64,000 nt of DNA from an uncultured Eubacteriales bacterium (GTDB lineage: Bacteria > Bacillota > Clostridia > Oscillospirales > Butyricicoccaceae): contig CAJUIK010000003.1 in assembly GCA_910585875.1 (NCBI GenBank), positions 2,212 to 66,211 of the forward strand. Direction: 5' to 3'. The notes under the pieces were generated by a model. That model ran no database searches and had not been told where the DNA came from. It worked only from the letters and a program-made list of their open reading frames with translations. Positions 59,359 through 64,000 of the stretch are shown piece by piece (the stretch's first letter is position 1; each line of letters begins with the position of its first letter). Position numbers and translations under genes: made by a program.

Positions 59359-60951
59359 ATGAGCAAGAAATTCCGCGCGCTCAGCCTGCTGTTGGTTTTG
59401 GTAATGGCCTTTGGCCTGTTTGCCGGGTGCAGCAAGGACGAGCCCGTCGACGACAAGGGCAATCAGCCCAGCGCCGGCGACGACGCCAACAAACCCACAG
59501 ACGATAAGCCCTCTGGAGGCGGCGACGCCGGCAAGGACAGCATCGTCATCGCCACCATGGGCGAAACCCCGTCTCTGTCTCCCACAGAGCACAACGCCGT
59601 GGCCGGCTCTTACATGAACAGCCTGACCTACAATATGCTGTTCCGCACAAACCAGGATACCCTGGAGCCCGAACCCGACCTGGTGGACAGCTATGAAAAC
59701 GTCAGCGACACAGAGTGGCAGTTCAAGATTCATCAGGGCGTCAAGTTCCACAACGGCGAAACCATGACGGTGGAAGACGTCAAAGCCTCTCTGGAATGGG
59801 CCAAGGGATTCCCGGAAGTGAATCTGTATAACAACGATATCGTGAAAGTCGACATCATCGACGACGAGACCATCCAGATCACAACCGACGGCCCGGACGC
59901 CATGCTGTTGAGCAACCTGTGCCACCATGGCAACGCCATCGTGCCCAAGGCCCTGATCGACAGCGATCACGACTTCAACACCGATCCCATCGGCACCGGC
60001 CCTTATAAGTTCGTCAAGTGGAACCGGGGCGACAGCTTGGAATTTGAGGCTTTCTCGGATTTCTTCCGCGGCGAGCCCCCCATCAAGCACATGACTTGGA
60101 AGATCATCCCCGAAGGATCCTCCCGGACCATCGCCCTGGAAGCTGGCGAAATTGACTTCATCATCGAAGTGGAAGCCATGGACGCCGAGCGCCTGCAGTC
60201 CAACGACGACATCGAAGTGATTCAGTTCAACCACACCAGTCACAACTGGATGATGCTGAACAACGAGAAGCCCGGCCTGGACAATCAGGACGTGCGCCAC
60301 GCCATCAACACCGCCATCGACAAGGAAAGCGTCGTTATGGTGGCCTATAATGGCCTGGCTACCCCCGCTTTGTCCGCCGTCCCCATGAACTTTGAGGGCG
60401 CCACAGAAGAGAACGCCGACGTTTACGACGTGGAAAAGGCCAAAGAGTGGATGGATAAGTCCGGCGTGGACCCTGCTTCCATTGAAATTGCCATCATCTG
60501 TTCTGACGATACGAAGAAACGGGCCGGCGAAGTCGTCCAGGCCAACCTGAAGGAAATCGGCATCAACGCCACTATCGAAAGTATGGACCTGGCTACGTAT
60601 CTGTCCGCTACAGCGGAAGGCAATTACACTGCGGCCATCGGCGGATATACCTCCAGCGATTTGCTGAGCTATGTGGTGGGCGTGTACCATTCCAGCTCCA
60701 TCAACGCTTCCAACAAGACTCGTTTGGTAGACGCCAAGGTCGACGAACTGATCGACAAGGCGAAAGTCACCCTGGACGCCGGCGAACGCGCCAAGATCTT
60801 CGAGGAACTGTCCGCCCGCCTGAACGAGCTGTGTTCTCAGGCGCCCCTGTATCAACCTTTGACTCTGCGCGCCTTTAAGAAGGGCCTGCAAAACGTCAAG
60901 GTCAGCGACAGCGGCGGCATCCGTTGGGAAGATATTTCCTGGGGCGCTTAA
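59359..60951 (+). CDS. Family-5 ABC substrate-binding lipoprotein (array copy 6)
   Basis: Lipobox FAGC; family-5 motifs; GAGGTG RBS; terminator 60989-61020. Confidence 0.93.
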   Translation: MSKKFRALSLLLVLVMAFGLFAGCSKDEPVDDKGNQPSAGDDANKPTDDKPSGGGDAGKDSIVIATMGETPSLSPTEHNAVAGSYMNSLTYNMLFRTNQDTLEPEPDLVDSYENVSDTEWQFKIHQGVKFHNGETMTVEDVKASLEWAKGFPEVNLYNNDIVKVDIIDDETIQITTDGPDAMLLSNLCHHGNAIVPKALIDSDHDFNTDPIGTGPYKFVKWNRGDSLEFEAFSDFFRGEPPIKHMTWKIIPEGSSRTIALEAGEIDFIIEVEAMDAERLQSNDDIEVIQFNHTSHNWMMLNNEKPGLDNQDVRHAINTAIDKESVVMVAYNGLATPALSAVPMNFEGATEENADVYDVEKAKEWMDKSGVDPASIEIAIICSDDTKKRAGEVVQANLKEIGINATIESMDLATYLSATAEGNYTAAIGGYTSSDLLSYVVGVYHSSSINASNKTRLVDAKVDELIDKAKVTLDAGERAKIFEELSARLNELCSQAPLYQPLTLRAFKKGLQNVKVSDSGGIRWEDISWGA

Positions 60952-61455
60952 TCGAAGCCTGAACCAGAACGCGATATAACTTTTACAGTCCCCCGGAGTT
61001 TTCGCTCCGGGGGATTTTTTAATTTCTTAAATATTGATTTCAAGATTCATTAATATCTTAATATAAATACAGGATCATGAACGAAAAATCAATAAATTAT
61101 TGGAAAATTTAAGATGTTATATGGAGAAACTGAGAAGAGGGAAAAGAAAATAAAATGGAGAAAATATTTGCGCATTTTCAAAAAATACATCAAAAATTGG
61201 AATAAAATCAACAATATTTACGAAAATAAACAAAAATATTAATGGAATATTGATGAAAATGAGATAAAAATGAAGGAGAGAACACGGCAGGAACCCCCTT
61301 GCAAAGGGCGGAAAGAGGGTGTATAATTTGTCATGGATTGAAACTGTCTATTCACAATTTTGAAATAAATTTGTCAAAACAGACGGATTCAAGTTTCTCC
61401 ACAGGATTCAATAGGGGGTTCCCTCTGTTGAAAATATAATTTGAGGTGACTGAAA

Positions 61456-63048
61456 ATGAGCAAAAAACTGCGCGTTCTCAGCCTGCTGCTGGTTCTGGCT
61501 ATGGCTTTCGGCCTGTTTGCCGGGTGCAGCAAGGATGAGCCTGCCGACGACAAGGGCGATCAGCCCAGCGGCAGCGACGACGCCAACAAACCCGAAGGCG
61601 ATAAGCCCTCTGGCGGCGACGCCGCTGGCAAGGACAGCATCGTCATCGCCACCATGGGCGAGACTCCCTCCCTGTCTCCCGTGGAGCACAACGCCGTGGC
61701 CGGCGACTACATGAACGGCCTGACTTACGCCACCCTGTTCCGCAGCAACGTCGACACTCTGGAACCCGAACCTTATTTGGTGGAGAGCTATGAGAACGTC
61801 AGCGACACTGAGTGGGTGTTCAAGCTGAAGCAGGGCGTCAAGTACCACAACGGCGAAACCATGACAGTGGAAGACGTCGTAGCCTCCATTCAGTGGGCCC
61901 AGGGCTTTGCTGAAGTCAGCCTGTACAATAACGACATCGTGACCATTGAAGCTGTGGACGACACAACCTTCAAAATCACCACAGAGGGCCCGGACGCCAT
62001 GCTGTTGAGCAACCTGTGCCACCATGGCAACGCCATCGTGCCCAAGGCTCTGATCGACAGCGATCACGACTTCAACACCGATCCCATCGGCGCCGGCCCC
62101 TACAAGCTGGTCAAGTGGAATCGCGGCGACAGCGTGGAATTCGAGGCGTTTGAAGATTATTTCTTGGGCGCTCCGAAAATCAAGCACATGACTTGGAAGA
62201 TCATCCCTGAAGGTTCCTCCCGGACCATTGCTCTGGAAGCCGGCGAAATCGACTTCATCATCGAAGTAGAGGCTATGGACGCCGAGCGTCTGCAGTCCAA
62301 CGACAATATCGAAGTGATTCAGTTCAACCACACTAGCCACAACTGGCTGATGCTGAACAACGAGAAGCCCGGCCTGGACAACCAGGACGTGCGTCACGCC
62401 ATCAACACCGCTATCGACAAACAGAGCGTTGTAACCGTTGCTTACAACGGCCTGGCTACTCCCTCTCTGTCCGCCGTTCCCATGAACTTTGAAGGCGCTA
62501 CAGAAGAGAACGCCGACGTTTACGACGTGGAAAAGGCCAAAGAGTGGATGGATAAGTCCGGCGTGGATCCTGCTTCCGTCGAACTGGCCATCATCTGCTC
62601 TGACGACACCAAGAAGCGGGCCGGCGAAGTGATTCAGGCCAACCTGAAGGAGATCGGCATCAACGCCACCATCGAGAGCATGGACCTGGCCACCTATCTG
62701 TCCGCCTCTACAGAGGGCAACTACACGGGCGCCATCGGCGGCTATACCTCCAGCAACCTGCTGAGCTATGTGGTGGGCGTGTACCACTCTGATTCCATCA
62801 ACGCCTCCAACAAGACCCGTCTGGTGGACGCCAAGGTCGACGAATTGATCGACAAGGCGAAAGTTACTCTGGATCCTGCCGAGCGCAAGGTGATCTTTGA
62901 AGAGCTGTCCGCCCGCCTGAACGAGCTGTGCTCTCAGGCTCCCCTGTATCAGCCTCTGACTCTGCGGGCCTACAAGAAGGGCCTGGAAGGCGTCAAGGTC
63001 AGCGACAGCGGCGGACTGCGTTTTGAGGATGTGTACTGGGCTGAGTAA
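61456..63048 (+). CDS. Family-5 ABC substrate-binding lipoprotein (array copy 7)
   Basis: Lipobox FAGC; promoter TTGCAA-17-TATAAT (61299-61327); terminator about 63136-63181. Confidence 0.93.
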   Translation: MSKKLRVLSLLLVLAMAFGLFAGCSKDEPADDKGDQPSGSDDANKPEGDKPSGGDAAGKDSIVIATMGETPSLSPVEHNAVAGDYMNGLTYATLFRSNVDTLEPEPYLVESYENVSDTEWVFKLKQGVKYHNGETMTVEDVVASIQWAQGFAEVSLYNNDIVTIEAVDDTTFKITTEGPDAMLLSNLCHHGNAIVPKALIDSDHDFNTDPIGAGPYKLVKWNRGDSVEFEAFEDYFLGAPKIKHMTWKIIPEGSSRTIALEAGEIDFIIEVEAMDAERLQSNDNIEVIQFNHTSHNWLMLNNEKPGLDNQDVRHAINTAIDKQSVVTVAYNGLATPSLSAVPMNFEGATEENADVYDVEKAKEWMDKSGVDPASVELAIICSDDTKKRAGEVIQANLKEIGINATIESMDLATYLSASTEGNYTGAIGGYTSSNLLSYVVGVYHSDSINASNKTRLVDAKVDELIDKAKVTLDPAERKVIFEELSARLNELCSQAPLYQPLTLRAYKKGLEGVKVSDSGGLRFEDVYWAE

Positions 63049-63615
63049 TCGGCTGGGCCGCCTCTAAAATCGGCGCAAAAAGCGAAAAAAGAGTCTTTGC
63101 TTTTCATAGAAAACTCCTTTCTAATTCAATTACGACAGCGGAACCCTCTGGGCGAAAACCCGGGGGGTTCCGCTGTTTTTTGCCTGTCGGAACAGGCTGC
63201 GGAGGGAGAATTTGTCCAGTTTTCGGCTTTTTATAGCAGAAAAAGGAGACTTGGCCGGCGCCGGGAAAAGATTGTGCAAAATTGATGAAACCTCCCGAAG
63301 GAAGAGGGGGATAGAAAGGGCAAAACCGCCAAAAAAGACGGATTTTCACCTTGGTAAATAAAAATATACTATATCGAATTCGCCGAAAACAAGGAAAAAT
63401 AAGATCAAATATTGTGCAAAATAGCGAATAAGACAGAAGAGTGTTAAAAAGCTGTTAGGAAAAGATGTTGCAACGGCCCCAAAAGGCGGGTATAATGTGT
63501 AACAAATTCAAAACCCTTTGTTCATACTCTGCAAAACCCCTTGGTTTTTGATTGGGGGAGAATTTTGTATTCGACAGGGCTTCTCTGTTGAAAATATAAT
63601 TTGAGGTGACTGAAA

Positions 63616-64000
63616 ATGAGCAAGAAACTGCGCGCGCTCAGCCTGCTGCTGGTTCTGGTAATGGCTTTTGGCCTGTTTGCCGGATGCAGCAAGGACGAGC
63701 CTGCCGACGACAAGGGCGATCAGCCCAGCGGCAGCGACGACGCCAACAAACCCACAGACGATAAGCCTTCTGAAGGCGACGCCGCCGGCAAGGACAGTAT
63801 CGTCATCGCCACCATGGGCGAAACCCCTTCCCTGTCCCCTGTGGAGCACAACGCCGTGGCCGGCGACTATATGAACGGTCTGACGTACGCCACGCTGTTC
63901 CGCAGCAATCTGGATACGCTGGAACCCGAACCCTATCTGGTGGAAAGCTATGAGAACGTCAGCGATACTGAGTGGCAGTTTAAGCTGAAGGAAGGCGTTA
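63616..64000 (+). CDS. Family-5 ABC substrate-binding lipoprotein (array copy 8, runs off window end)
   Basis: MSKKLRALSLLLVLVMAFGLFAGC; near-identical to copies 6/7; promoter TTGCAA-17-TATAAT (63468-63496). Confidence 0.9.
   Translation, partial: MSKKLRALSLLLVLVMAFGLFAGCSKDEPADDKGDQPSGSDDANKPTDDKPSEGDAAGKDSIVIATMGETPSLSPVEHNAVAGDYMNGLTYATLFRSNLDTLEPEPYLVESYENVSDTEWQFKLKEGV

Noticed and set aside
44891..62787. Long antisense ORFs (e.g. 44891-46669, 47787-50018, 55475-57142, 59149-60891)
   Set aside because: Shadow frames of GC-biased ABC genes; they recur opposite every paralog and lack RBS or motifs
46731..63428. Rex operator assignment for the TTGTGCA palindrome
   Set aside because: Rex sites are 18 bp (TTGTGAA-N4-TTCACAA); these are 17 bp with GCA/TGC inner arms
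44984..64000. Diversity-generating retroelement or shufflon acting on the SBP array
   Set aside because: No reverse transcriptase or invertase in the window, all copies co-oriented, differences not adenine-specific

Overview
GC-rich chromosomal window from a spore-forming Clostridia/Oscillospiraceae-like Firmicute (assignment inferred from gene content, a T-box leader and sporulation-type promoters). It contains smpB, a PHP/EndoQ-UvrD helicase fusion, tRNA-Arg(ACG), a hybrid histidine kinase paired with an orphan solute-binding lipoprotein, nfeD-flotillin, a Ca2+ P-type ATPase, a BlaI/BlaR1 pair, a GrpB-Imm68-metallophosphoesterase-ADP-ribosylglycohydrolase operon, brnQ, an RpiR regulator divergent from an Opp/Dpp operon, fapA, tRNA-Ala(GGC) and T-box-controlled metNIQ. 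From 44.9 kb to the window end a second Opp/Dpp transporter sits in an array of at least eight paralogous family-5 binding-protein genes, which show patchwork nucleotide identity and a shared 17-bp upstream palindrome. Other notable items: a ~115-bp structured repeat with compensatory base changes directly upstream of two unrelated genes, seven 28-aa repeats as the BlaR1 sensor domain, clamp-binding-like motifs on the EndoQ-UvrD fusion, and a catalytically degenerate SipW-like protein. No integrase, transposase, CRISPR array or rRNA was seen. Family names come from motif recognition, not database searches.
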